DNA from: Lachnospiraceae bacterium
Lineage (GTDB): Bacteria > Bacillota > Clostridia > Lachnospirales > Lachnospiraceae
Assembly: GCA_009779895.1 (NCBI GenBank)
Contig: WRBB01000016.1
Location: 2,363 to 66,362 of the forward strand
Direction: 5' to 3'
Length of the DNA stretch: 64,000 nt
The position numbers and the translations under genes are program-made. Positions 28,804 through 39,500 of this stretch are shown here, in pieces; position 1 is the first letter of the stretch; each line of letters opens with the position of its first letter. A model generated the notes under the pieces. It worked only from the letters and a program-made list of their open reading frames with translations. It made no database searches and was not told the DNA's origin.

Positions 28804-30519
28804 TTATTCCACCGAAGTCAAATAATAATAAATAGGCTGACCACCAAAGTGTATATCAATATCAACATGTGGAAATAGTTTCTCCACTTCACTTTTTAAG
28901 GCATTGGCCTCCTCTTCTTTTACATCACTACCATAGAAAATACTAATCATTTCACTATCATCCGTCACTTGCTCTTTTAACATATCCAAAGTGGCTTCGG
29001 CAACGCTTTCATTCACAGCACAAATACCATTGTCACTAATACCCATAATATCGCCTTCTTTAATCACAAAACTATTGATTTGTGTATCACGAACAGCGTA
29101 AGTTACTTGGCCTGTTTTCACATTTTGAATAATTTCTTTCATATTCTCAATGTTAACATCTACCTCTTCCTCTTCCATGAAACTAATCAAAGCCGCAATT
29201 CCTTGCGGAACCGTAGTCGTCGGAACCACAATAATATCCTTATCCTTAGTTAATGTCTGGGCTTGATTTGCCGCTAAAATAATGTTTTTATTGTTTGGCA
29301 AAATAAAAATATGGTCTGCGTTAACCGCATCAATGCCCATCAGCATATCATCTGTACTCGGATTCATCGTCTGTCCACCCTCAATCAGATGATCCACACC
29401 TAAATCTCTAAAGATATCATTGATCCCTTCCCCGATAGACACCGCAATGAAACCAACCGCTTTGCGCACATCTTCTTTTTTTGCCTCTTCCTCTTTTGGC
29501 GCAATCTTACTTTCTGCTTTTGCCGCTTTTTTGGATGCATCACGCATCAGCTTTTCTTCATGCTCTTCTCGCATATTGTCAATTTTTATGTTGGAAAGTT
29601 GACCAAACGTCAATGCTTTTTGTAGAGCCAAACCGGGGTCATCCGTATGAACATGAACCTTGATTACTTCTTCATCAGCCACACAAACAACCGAATCACC
29701 GATAGAATCTAAAAATGCCTTGAATTTATCTTCTGTATCTTCGGTAATTTCTTTTTCTAATAAAATCAAAAACTCTGTACAATAACCAAAGGTAATTTCG
29801 ATGCTTTCATGATTGTCCGGTATCACAATGTCAGCCACTTTGGTTTTATTGCTTATACGAACCGTATCATAATCCACTTCTTTTCCTAAAAAGACATCAT
29901 ATGCTCCATTTAAAATTTCCAATAAACCTTGCCCACCTGAATCAACCACACCTGCTTCTTTTAACACAGGCAACATATCAGGGGTGCGATCTAAAACCTC
30001 TTTTCCATACTTTAACACAGCAGGAATCACAATCTCTAAATCATCTGTTGTTTCCGCCATTTCTGCCGTTTTTTTTGCAATACCTTTTGCCACTGTAAGA
30101 ATGGTGCCCTCTTTGGGTTTCATAACTGCCTTATAAGCAGTTGCCACACCACGCTCACAAGCTTTTACCAACACCTGAGCATCCATTATTTTTTCTTCCC
30201 GCACAACCTTCGTAAATCCTCTAAATAATTGGGATAAAATAACACCGGAATTGCCCCGCGCACCTCGCAAAGAACCTGAAGAAATCGCTTTTGCTACACT
30301 TTCCATATCAGGATTTTCCAAATCACAAATCGCTTTCACTGCTGCCATAACGGTCATAGACATATTTGTTCCCGTATCACCATCCGGTACAGGAAAAACA
30401 TTTAAGTCATTGATAATCTCTTTATGTGCCTCTAAATTAGCTGCTCCCGCCAAAAACATCTTAACGAGCAACTCCGAATCAATGGTTTTTATTGCCACGT
30501 CTTGCCCCTCCTTAATCAA
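28804..30519 (-). CDS. DAK2 domain-containing protein (YloV family)
   Basis: 571 aa. DGDTGTNM phosphate-binding motif. Sits in the classical Asp23-YloV-RecG arrangement. Confidence 0.88.
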   Translation of the reverse strand: MIKEGQDVAIKTIDSELLVKMFLAGAANLEAHKEIINDLNVFPVPDGDTGTNMSMTVMAAVKAICDLENPDMESVAKAISSGSLRGARGNSGVILSQLFRGFTKVVREEKIMDAQVLVKACERGVATAYKAVMKPKEGTILTVAKGIAKKTAEMAETTDDLEIVIPAVLKYGKEVLDRTPDMLPVLKEAGVVDSGGQGLLEILNGAYDVFLGKEVDYDTVRISNKTKVADIVIPDNHESIEITFGYCTEFLILLEKEITEDTEDKFKAFLDSIGDSVVCVADEEVIKVHVHTDDPGLALQKALTFGQLSNIKIDNMREEHEEKLMRDASKKAAKAESKIAPKEEEAKKEDVRKAVGFIAVSIGEGINDIFRDLGVDHLIEGGQTMNPSTDDMLMGIDAVNADHIFILPNNKNIILAANQAQTLTKDKDIIVVPTTTVPQGIAALISFMEEEEVDVNIENMKEIIQNVKTGQVTYAVRDTQINSFVIKEGDIMGISDNGICAVNESVAEATLDMLKEQVTDDSEMISIFYGSDVKEEEANALKSEVEKLFPHVDIDIHFGGQPIYYYLTSVE

Positions 30520-30871
30520 TCACTCTGACACCTTCGACGAAGATGTTGATTTGCTCCACGGTCAAACCGGTGAACTCTTCTACTTTATATTTAACATTAT
30601 CCATCAAGTTGTCAGAAACGGATAAAATATTGACGCCATAAGCAACAATAACATGGAAATTCAAAATAAGCTTGTTGTCAGCAGTCACGTCTATTTGGAT
30701 GCCTTGGGTTAGATTGTCCCGGCGCAGCAACTTAACCAATCCATCTTTTACACTGATGGTCGCCATACCAACAATACCAAAGCACTCTACAGCCATAGCA
30801 CCTGCATATTTGCCAATTACTTCTCGATTAATCGCAATTGTGCCAATATCCGTACTTTTACTTTCTATCAT
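30512..30871 (-). CDS. Asp23/Gls24 family envelope stress protein
   Basis: Preferred start is ATG 30871 (MIESKSTDIG, GGAGG about 8 nt upstream); the track ORF extends to 30889. Confidence 0.85.
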   Translation of the reverse strand: MIESKSTDIGTIAINREVIGKYAGAMAVECFGIVGMATISVKDGLVKLLRRDNLTQGIQIDVTADNKLILNFHVIVAYGVNILSVSDNLMDNVKYKVEEFTGLTVEQINIFVEGVRVID

Positions 30872-31021
30872 AACCAAAAACCTCCACATTCGCTTAATAT
30901 TTGGTCTTAAAATCTCTTTCGGAATCTAATCCTATATCATTATACTAGCTTTCTCTACCATTTACAACAAAAAATCTACTTTCGTTTCTTTACGGAATAC
31001 AAAATAAGATGAAAATACTCC

Positions 31022-31050
31022 TTGCAATAATCAAGGCTTTCTGTTAATAT
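31022..31050 (+). promoter_or_regulatory. rpmB promoter
   Basis: TTGCAA (31022-31027), a 17-nt spacer, then TAATAT (31045-31050). Confidence 0.55.
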
Positions 31051-31126
31051 ATTATTGTTGTCCGTCTATGAGGTTAGAGGACACAAATGCCTTGTAGATG
31101 AATAAGCTGTTAGAGGAGGTGCTATC

Positions 31127-31312
31127 ATGGCAAGATGCGCTATTTGTGAAAAAGGTACTCACTTTGGAAACAATGTAAGTCACTCACATAAAAAAACCAG
31201 AAGAACATGGAAAGTAAATGTGAAATCTGTTAAAGTAAAAGTGCTAGGTGGAGCAAAAAAAGTAAAAGTATGTACATCCTGTTTGAAATCAGGCAGAGTG
31301 GAAAGAGCTTAG
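31127..31312 (+). CDS. rpmB: 50S ribosomal protein L28
   Basis: 61 aa. [39 protein letters not shown]. Confidence 0.95.
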   Translation: MARCAICEKGTHFGNNVSHSHKKTRRTWKVNVKSVKVKVLGGAKKVKVCTSCLKSGRVERA

Positions 31313-31333
31313 ATATATGGTGCATGAAAAGTA

Positions 31334-31372
31334 AAATCTCTCAGAAAAATCTGTTTTGAGGGATTTTTTTGC
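31334..31372 (+). terminator. Rho-independent terminator after rpmB
   Basis: AAATCTCTCA...TGAGGGATTT, a 10-bp stem with one G-U pair, followed by TTTTTT. Confidence 0.6.
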
Positions 31373-31393
31373 GACCTTTTTTGTGGGAATCTA

Positions 31394-33484
31394 TCAATTG
31401 AAAATCTTTCCCAGTATCTCTAACACCTTACCTTTATCCTCTGCCTCTATAACCTGCTTTATATGCGCCTGCTCATCTCCCAGCTTAATAATCTCCTTAA
31501 ATAACTCCAGATAATCCATATCACTTTCCTGCACAAAGAAGAAAAATAGATACACCACATCACCACCATCAAAATGCACCCCGTCTTTCGCTATCAAAAG
31601 GCTCAATCCGTCTTTTTTTGCCCCACTGTCTTTATGTGCATGAGCTAAAGCAACGCCCTGATTCACGATGATATAGTTGCCATATTTCTCTATATTTTTA
31701 ATTGCTGCCTGCCGATAGCTTTCTTCCATAAAACCATCTCGAAGCAAACTTTCCGAAGCATCTATCATGGCCTGCCGCCATTCCAAAGCAAATGTAACAA
31801 TGCTAATATATTCTAATTTTAACATATTTTGTAACATCGATCCTTTTGAAACCATCGGCACCACATTGACCAATTCTGCCAATACACCTTCCAATTTTTG
31901 CTCCAAATAAGTGATTTTTTCTTCATCTCCACTTTCAAAAATTTCTTGAATCTCATCCAATACAGGATATCTCTGCACTTTTTGAAATAAAACATCTTTT
32001 TCCTTAACATGCACTGCCAACGCTCTGATTGCCTTTACATCCTGTGCCGTTAGCAAAGGGCTAACAACCACAACAGGAATTCTTACATCAACCAATGGCA
32101 CTGTAGATATAATAAAATCTATACCATCAAAAACACCTGTTTTATGCTCTATTTCTCCCATACTCATAACTTCCACCCGGCTAAAACAAAAGTAATTTTT
32201 GATTTGAGCTTCCAAATACCGACTTGTTGCAATGCTACCGGGACAAGTCACAATTACATTACATGGCTGAATATTTTTACGACTCCGTAACATCGCTGCA
32301 CCAATATGAATTACAATACTTTCTTTCATACGCTGATTCAATGAGAAAGGAAGATATTTTTCCAACATATAAAACTTAGGTTCCGCCACCCGCCAAATCT
32401 CTTGAAAATCTCCATATAACTCATATTCATGATTTATATCCCATCGGGCATAATTGGTTTCATTCCAATTCTCCATATTTTTGATATGAGAAACCAAAGA
32501 ATCCATCAAAAGGCCGTCCGACTGCATATTTACATTTATACTATCACCAATACCAAAAAGAAAATGAGAAATCACGCCATACAATTCAAAATCATTCACA
32601 TTGTAAACTTGCGGATAAAGCCCACGCAAAATAATCGTTTTTTCAATGCTTTGCACTTCTTTTTTCCGCATACCGGACAAACCAATGCTTTTTGCAATAT
32701 AAGCAATCATTCCTCCAATGATATCCATCTTTTCTTGTTCGTCAGACATATCCTGCATTTTTTCTTTTTCATTGTCCTGAGATAAATAAAAGCGATTGAG
32801 CAACACAAACATACAAATCACAATTTCATAAAAAACTTCTTTTCCAAATATTATATTATGCAAAGACATATAATGATTCATCAAATTTATAATACTAGGC
32901 AAGGAATACATAAATTTTGCTTTTTCAATGATATATTGAACAAAAAAACTTTGCTCAAATTTCAATTTCGGTATTAGAATGTGAAACATATCAATAAGCA
33001 TATCATTTATCTTCTGTTTTTCGCCAAAAATTTTAATTCCTTTTTTACTCTGCGCTACAAAGGAAATATGGTAGGTCTTTAAAAATCCATCTACCTGCTT
33101 ACAATCATTGATAATTGTATTGCGCGTAACATATAACTCCTTGGCAAATTGCTGCATGGAATAGTAGCCTTTGGTATCCAACAATATAATAATGATGTAA
33201 AACATCCGCTCTTCCAAAGACATTTTATAATGATAAGAATCCATTCCATAAATAGCTTCTAAGAGTTGGCTCATGTATTCTGTTTGATTTAATGTAAGTT
33301 TTTGCCCATCAAAAGTTATAATTTTAGGCATAGAAATCTCCCGCAAAAAGCAATCAATCTCTTGAATGTCATTTCGCAGGGTCTTTTCACTAATTTGGAA
33401 CTCCTCTATTAAATTGATGGCCATAATATCTTTACTTGGCTCTTTTAATAAGCGTAAAAACAGTTCTGTACTACGTTTTTTCAT
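31394..33484 (-). CDS. PRD-containing transcriptional regulator of the MtlR/LicR (BglG) family with EIIB-like and EIIA-like domains
   Basis: 696 aa. N-terminal HTH region and central PRD-like helical repeats. Has a Gat-type EIIB-like segment (VIVTCPGSIATSRYL) and a C-terminal EIIA(Ntr/Mtl)-like domain (GVALAHAH). Confidence 0.8.
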   Translation of the reverse strand: MKKRSTELFLRLLKEPSKDIMAINLIEEFQISEKTLRNDIQEIDCFLREISMPKIITFDGQKLTLNQTEYMSQLLEAIYGMDSYHYKMSLEERMFYIIIILLDTKGYYSMQQFAKELYVTRNTIINDCKQVDGFLKTYHISFVAQSKKGIKIFGEKQKINDMLIDMFHILIPKLKFEQSFFVQYIIEKAKFMYSLPSIINLMNHYMSLHNIIFGKEVFYEIVICMFVLLNRFYLSQDNEKEKMQDMSDEQEKMDIIGGMIAYIAKSIGLSGMRKKEVQSIEKTIILRGLYPQVYNVNDFELYGVISHFLFGIGDSINVNMQSDGLLMDSLVSHIKNMENWNETNYARWDINHEYELYGDFQEIWRVAEPKFYMLEKYLPFSLNQRMKESIVIHIGAAMLRSRKNIQPCNVIVTCPGSIATSRYLEAQIKNYFCFSRVEVMSMGEIEHKTGVFDGIDFIISTVPLVDVRIPVVVVSPLLTAQDVKAIRALAVHVKEKDVLFQKVQRYPVLDEIQEIFESGDEEKITYLEQKLEGVLAELVNVVPMVSKGSMLQNMLKLEYISIVTFALEWRQAMIDASESLLRDGFMEESYRQAAIKNIEKYGNYIIVNQGVALAHAHKDSGAKKDGLSLLIAKDGVHFDGGDVVYLFFFFVQESDMDYLELFKEIIKLGDEQAHIKQVIEAEDKGKVLEILGKIFN

Positions 33485-33516
33485 AAGGTTTTAAGTCCAA
33501 TTCATTATTTATTTCC

Positions 33517-35130
33517 CTACTCCAATCCCCGAATCTTCTCTCGCAATGACAAAATAAACGGCGGTGAAACCGAAAGCTCATCCACTCCCATCTCCACAAA
33601 TTGTTCCGTCAATTCCAAATCTGCTGCCAACTCGCCGCAAATCCCAACCCAAGCACCACCTTTGTGCCCATTCTCTATGGTCATTTGGATCATCTTCAAT
33701 ATCGCAGGATGATGAGCATCATAAAAGTGGTCCAATTTCGGATTCTGCCTATCTATCGCCAATGTATATTGAGTCAAATCATTGGTTCCGATGCTAAAAA
33801 AATCTACTTCTTGGGCCAATTCCTCACTCACCATAACCGCTGCCGGCGTTTCAATCATAACCCCGATTTGAGGATCTCCATATGGAATGCCTTGCTCGGA
33901 CAAACCGATTTTTACAGACTCCAAAATTACTTTTATCTGTGCCAACTCTTCCACAGAAATAATCATCGGAAACATAATCGCAATCTCACCAAATGCACTG
34001 GCTCTATAAATGGCGCGCAATTGGGTTTTGAAAATCTCCGTTTGGGTCAAACAAATACGAATGGCACGGTAACCCAATGCAGGATTTTCTTCCTCGGCCA
34101 AATCCAGATAATCTACCTGTTTGTCCGCACCAATATCAAGGGTACGGATAATCACCGGCTTACCTTCCATCTTCTCTGCCACTTCTTTATAAGCAAGAAA
34201 TTGCTCTTCTTCCGTAGGCAATGCCTTAGATTCTAAATATAAAAATTCACTGCGGAATAATCCAATGCCCTCCCCATCCTGTTGCAAAACAAACGCCACA
34301 TCAGAAACCGTACCAATATTGGCATACACATTGATTTCTTTTCCGCTTTTGGTCATGCTTTTTTGACCAATTAAGGCTTTTTGCGCCTCCGCCTTTTGTT
34401 TGTCTCTTTCTTGAATCCCTCTCAATTCTTCTAAATAAACTGCATCCGGATCTATCACAATCGTCCCTTGATAACCGTCTACTACGGCCATCCTTCCATG
34501 CCAAGCCTTGTCAATCTTTACTTCAATCAAAGCAGGAATGTCCATGCTCCGTGCCAAAATAGCGGTATGAGAATTCACAGAACCGGCCCTGGTCACAAAA
34601 GCCAATATATTTGACTTATCCATTTGCACCGTTTCGCTGGGAGACAAGTCGTCCGCTATCAAAATAACAGGTTCCGTTAACGTAGGTCCATCCCTTTGCA
34701 CACCTGACAAAAGACACAGCAAACGCTCGGAAATATCCTTAATGTCCGCAGAGCGAGCTTTCATATATTCGTCATCCATAGAGGCAAACATCTCTGCAAA
34801 TTCATCTCCTGCTTTGGCCACCGCATACTCCGCATTAAGATTACCTGCATGAATATAATTAATAATGGTATCACAAAAATCATCATCGTCCAACATCATG
34901 CTATGCACTTGAAAAATATCTGCCTCTGCCTCGCCTACTTCCTCTTTTGCTTTTTCATATAACCCTTGCAATTGTTCCTGTGCTGTTTCTTTTGCCCTCT
35001 CAAAACGTATGATTTCTGCCACTGTATCTTCAATTTTTTGACGTCTTACTTCCGCAATCGTTTTTTCAAAATAAAACACTTTTCCAATTGCAATTTTTTT
35101 TAATATTGTTTTTCCTTGCAGCTGTTCCAT
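33517..35130 (-). CDS. ptsI: Phosphoenolpyruvate-protein phosphotransferase (PTS enzyme I)
   Basis: 537 aa. Active-site GSVNSHTAILARS. PEP-utilising C-terminal domain (FFSIGTNDLTQY). Confidence 0.93.
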   Translation of the reverse strand: MEQLQGKTILKKIAIGKVFYFEKTIAEVRRQKIEDTVAEIIRFERAKETAQEQLQGLYEKAKEEVGEAEADIFQVHSMMLDDDDFCDTIINYIHAGNLNAEYAVAKAGDEFAEMFASMDDEYMKARSADIKDISERLLCLLSGVQRDGPTLTEPVILIADDLSPSETVQMDKSNILAFVTRAGSVNSHTAILARSMDIPALIEVKIDKAWHGRMAVVDGYQGTIVIDPDAVYLEELRGIQERDKQKAEAQKALIGQKSMTKSGKEINVYANIGTVSDVAFVLQQDGEGIGLFRSEFLYLESKALPTEEEQFLAYKEVAEKMEGKPVIIRTLDIGADKQVDYLDLAEEENPALGYRAIRICLTQTEIFKTQLRAIYRASAFGEIAIMFPMIISVEELAQIKVILESVKIGLSEQGIPYGDPQIGVMIETPAAVMVSEELAQEVDFFSIGTNDLTQYTLAIDRQNPKLDHFYDAHHPAILKMIQMTIENGHKGGAWVGICGELAADLELTEQFVEMGVDELSVSPPFILSLREKIRGLE

Positions 35131-35162
35131 TTACGCCACCTCCCTTGCTAAAAAGGATTCTT

Positions 35163-35420
35163 TTATAAGTTTTCCTGAAAGAACTTTGTGAGTGCCTCAT
35201 ATGCCGCATCTTCATCCGCACCCTCTATGGTTATTCGTACCTCTTCTCCTTGTTTGACCGCCAGACCCATCAACATCAAAAGTTGTGTCGCCAGTATAGT
35301 TTTTTCCCCTTTGGTAATTTGAATTTTACTTTCAAATTCTTTTGCCCGTTTTGCCAACATACCTGCCGGTCTCGCATGAATACCCAAAACATCCTTGATT
35401 ACATAATTAAATTCTTTCAT
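35163..35420 (-). CDS. ptsH: HPr-like phosphocarrier protein (His15 present, Ser46 apparently absent)
   Basis: Preferred start is ATG 35420 (MKEFNYVIKD), which overlaps the EIIB stop as ATGA. GIHARPA His15 motif is present. The region aligned by eye to Bacillus KTVNLKS(46)IMG reads KTILATQLLM. Confidence 0.88.
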   Translation of the reverse strand: MKEFNYVIKDVLGIHARPAGMLAKRAKEFESKIQITKGEKTILATQLLMLMGLAVKQGEEVRITIEGADEDAAYEALTKFFQENL

Positions 35421-35755
35421 CTTCCATTCTCCTTTGCATCGCATTTTTTGTTACCTAAAATCTCTAAGCATGTTTGAATTAATTTCTCTTTGATTTCTTC
35501 CAAACCGAACTTCGATATCAACTTTGTAGCAGTCATACTGGGAATTGTAAGCACCTTGTTATAAGGCACCATTAAAATAACCAAATCCATACTTTCTGCT
35601 TTTTTCTCCAAATCACCCAAAGCACAATGAGAAACCACCGCTAAAATATTCTCTTCATCCAAAAGGGTCTGCACCTTATAAACGGCAATATTGGATGTAA
35701 CGGCACCACATACACAGGCAATGATAATATTAAGTGGTTGTTTCATAAACCCCAT
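35417..35755 (-). CDS. PTS EIIB component, galactitol/ascorbate (type 2) fold
   Basis: 112 aa. N-terminal IIIACVCGAVTSNIAV resembles the GatB Cys-loop. An alternative start at MKQPL (35746) has better RBS spacing. Confidence 0.75.
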   Translation of the reverse strand: MGFMKQPLNIIIACVCGAVTSNIAVYKVQTLLDEENILAVVSHCALGDLEKKAESMDLVILMVPYNKVLTIPSMTATKLISKFGLEEIKEKLIQTCLEILGNKKCDAKENGR

Positions 35756-35813
35756 TTTCCTTTCACAACATTTCTCTATATCCCTAATATAGCACTTACT
35801 TATAAAATAATAA

Positions 35814-35852
35814 AGTCCAATTCATTTCTCTTCTAAAGAAACAAATTGGACT
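35814..35852 (-). terminator. Rho-independent terminator after the PPIase gene
   Basis: AGTCCAATT...AAATTGGACT long hairpin with inner TTTCT/AGAAA pairing. A T/A-rich tract (TTATTATTTT) follows on the minus strand. Confidence 0.65.
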
Positions 35853-35871
35853 AATCTAAAATCCGCTGCTA

Positions 35872-36480
35872 TCAATCCGTAACGGTAACACGAATCATCA
35901 CAGGCTGGTCTTCCGGCAACACAGTACCATTGCCATCTTGCACCGGCGTATTTTCAGCCAAAGCATCTACAATCTCCATACCGGAAACCACCCGGCCAAA
36001 TGCAGCATACTCACCATCTAAAAATGTTGCATCCTGATGAACAATAAAAAACTGAGAACTGGCACTATCAAAATCCTGGGCACGCGCCATCGAAATCACA
36101 CCACGTACATGGCTGATGTCATTTTCCACACCATTGGCAGAAAATTCACCCTTGATATTTTCATCACTTCCACCTATACCGGTACCCTCCGGGTCACCGC
36201 CTTGAATCATAAAACCCTCGATAATACGATGAAATGTCAAACCATCATAAAAACCATCTTCGGCCAAACGCACAAAATTTTCTACCGTAATCGGTGCCAC
36301 ATCCGGTTCCAGTTCCAACACAATGATCCCATGATCTTCTATCTCAATGGCCACTGTTTGCGCGGATGCATCACCAGAACCACCATCGGAACCGCTGTCG
36401 GAACCACCGCCATTTCCACAAGCAACCAAAACCGCCATCACCAAAACACTACATAACAATACCACTACTTTTTTCATCAT
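35872..36480 (-). CDS. Cyclophilin-type peptidyl-prolyl isomerase, lipoprotein
   Basis: 202 aa. Signal peptide with lipobox LVAC. FHRIIEGFMIQGGDP cyclophilin motif. Confidence 0.9.
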   Translation of the reverse strand: MMKKVVVLLCSVLVMAVLVACGNGGGSDSGSDGGSGDASAQTVAIEIEDHGIIVLELEPDVAPITVENFVRLAEDGFYDGLTFHRIIEGFMIQGGDPEGTGIGGSDENIKGEFSANGVENDISHVRGVISMARAQDFDSASSQFFIVHQDATFLDGEYAAFGRVVSGMEIVDALAENTPVQDGNGTVLPEDQPVMIRVTVTD

Positions 36481-36540
36481 TATTTCTCCTACTATCTCAT
36501 TTTTTTGTATTTTTTATTTCTTTTTTATATGCAAAAGTCT

Positions 36541-39500
36541 TTATAAATCAAACAAAGACAATTGATTGCTCTTTGGTAAATCACCAAACAAACCCAGCTC
36601 TTCCATCAACTCTATGGTCGTTTTACTCACCTTGGTCCGTTGTCTAAAATCATCAATCGACAGATACTTGCCATCTTTTGCTGCCAGTTCTACCACATCA
36701 GCCGCTTTATCACCCAGACCCTCAATCTTAGACAAGGAGGGCATCAATTTGCCATCTATAATTAAAAACCGCTTGGCTTTGGCACGATAAATATCCACAG
36801 GTGTAAACTCCAATCCCCTTGCATACATTTCCTGCACAACTCTCATATCTTTTAGCGTTTCCTCTTCCACCTTTGTCAATTGTTTTAAACCATCTCTTTT
36901 TTTATAATCCTTATAAAAATAATCCAGCTTTTCTTTCCCTTGACACATAATTTTGTAAGAAAATGCTTTTGCCCGAATACCAAAATAAGCTGCATAATAA
37001 GCCAATGGATAATGAATTTTACAATAAGCAATACGATATGCCATCATCACATAAGCTGCCGCATGCGCCTTGGGAAACATATATTTTATCTGCTTACAAG
37101 ACCAAATATACCAATCCGGAACATCGTGGGTTTTCATAGCCACTTCCCATTCTAATTTTAGGCCTTTACCTTTTCGCACACTTTCCATAATGGTAAATGC
37201 CAAAGCACTATCCATACCCTGATGAATCAAATATACCATAATATCGTCTCGGGTACAAATACAGGTCGACAAGGTAGCTTGCCCGGATTGAATAATTTCT
37301 TGTGCATTGTTGAGCCAAACGTCGGTACCATGGGACAAACCCGATATCCGAATCAAATCTGACAAAGACTGAGGTTTGGCATCTTCCACCATCTTAATGA
37401 CAAAGCCCGTGCCAAATTCAGGCACTCCTAAACAACCCAACCTACAACCATCAATATCCACTGGCTTAATACCCAAAGCATCTGTACTATGAAACAAAGA
37501 CAGTACATCTTTATCGTCCAAAGGGATGGTGGTGGCATCAAAGGGATTCTTTTCATGAAATTCGTTATCCAAAGCATCTGAACTGATGTATTCTTCTAAC
37601 GTCCGAATAATGGTCGGATCATCATGCCCCAATATATCTAATTTCAACAAATTATGGTCAATGGAATGGTAATCAAAATGGGTGGTAATAATTTCGGATT
37701 CATTGTCATTGGCCGGGCGTTGAATCGGCGTAAATTCATTAATATCATAACCATGGGGTAGCACAATGATTCCCCCCGGATGCTGACCTGTACTGCGTCG
37801 AACCCCTGTACAATGGCTTACCAAACGATCGATTTCACAATTACGCTTGCGAATGCTCCTTTCATCATAATATTTTTTTACAAAACCATATGCTGTTTTA
37901 TCTGCCAAAGTACCAATGGTACCAGCCTTAAAAGTGTAACCTTTACCAAACAATCTTTCTGTATGCTGGTGTGCTTTGGCTTGATAATCTCCTGAAAAAT
38001 TCAAATCAATATCAGGTTCTTTATCGCCCTCAAAGCCCAAAAATGTCTCAAAGGGAATATCAAATCCTGCTTTTTGTAGTACCGCTTTACAATCCGGACA
38101 CACCTTATCAGGCATATCAAAACCACAGCCTCCGGCAAACCGACGAACTTCCGGCGATTCAAAATCACTATAATGGCATTTGACACAATAATAATGGGGA
38201 CTCAATGGATTAACTTCTGTAATCCCTGCCATCGTCGCTGCAAAAGAAGAACCCACTGAACCACGCGAACCCACCAAGTATCCCTTGTCGTTAGACTCCC
38301 AGACCAATTTTTGAGCGATGATATACATAACCGCATAACCATTGGAAATAATCGAATTCAACTCTCGTTCCAACCGCTCTTTTACGATTTGAGGCAAATT
38401 TATACCATAAATTTCATAAGCCCTTTTATAACAAATTTCACGCAATTCCGCATCCGAATTTTCAATGCTCGGCACACATTTTTCTTGGCTAATGGGAGAA
38501 ATCTTCTCTATGCAATCCGCAATTTTTTGCGGATTGTCAATCACCACCTCTTGCGCTTTTGCTGAACCTAAATAAAGAAACTCTTCTAACATTTCTTCTG
38601 TTGTCCGCAAATACAAAGGCGGCTGCCGATCCGCATCACTAAAGCCTTTTCCTGCCATAATAATACTGCGATAAATCGCATCTTCCGGCTCCAAAAAATG
38701 TACATCACACGTAGCCACCACAGGCTTTTTGAATTGTTCACCCAATGCAACAATCTTTTTATTCACGGCAATCAAATCATCCTGTGAATGAATCTCACTA
38801 TACCTATCTTCCTCAATCATAAATTGATTGTTGCCCAAAGGCTGAATTTCATAATAATCATAAAAATCCGCCAAACGTGCAATCTCCTCCACAGGACTTT
38901 CTTGCAAAATCGCCTGATACAATTCGCCATTTTCACAAGCACTTCCTACAATCAGCCCCTCACGATGTTTCACCAATTCACTTTTGGGAATACGTGGCAC
39001 ACGCCCGAAATAAGTCACGTGAGATTTAGAAATCAACTGATACAGATTCAATTTACCAATGTCATTTTTTGCCAATATAATAATATGATGTGAAGGCATC
39101 TTTCGAATCCCATGGGGATTCATAGCACCAAATTGATTCATACCTTTTAAAGTGCTAATCCCTCGGTCTTTTAACATTTCAACAAATTTTAAAAATATTT
39201 CTGCTGTTGCTTTGGCATCATCCACCGCTCTATGATGGTTCAGCAAAGGAATATGCAAAGCCTTGGCCACTGTATTTAACTTAAAACGTGATAAGGTAGG
39301 CAATAACACCCGTGCCAAAGCCACCGTATCCACCGAAATAAAATCCGGTACAATGTCTTGATAACGACAATTTTGCTCAATAAAACGAACATCAAAACCA
39401 GCGTTATGTGCCACCAAAACGCTCTCTTTTACAAATTCCAAAAACCGTGGCAAAACCGTTTCGATTCCATCCGCTTCTAGCACCATTTCATCCGAAATAC

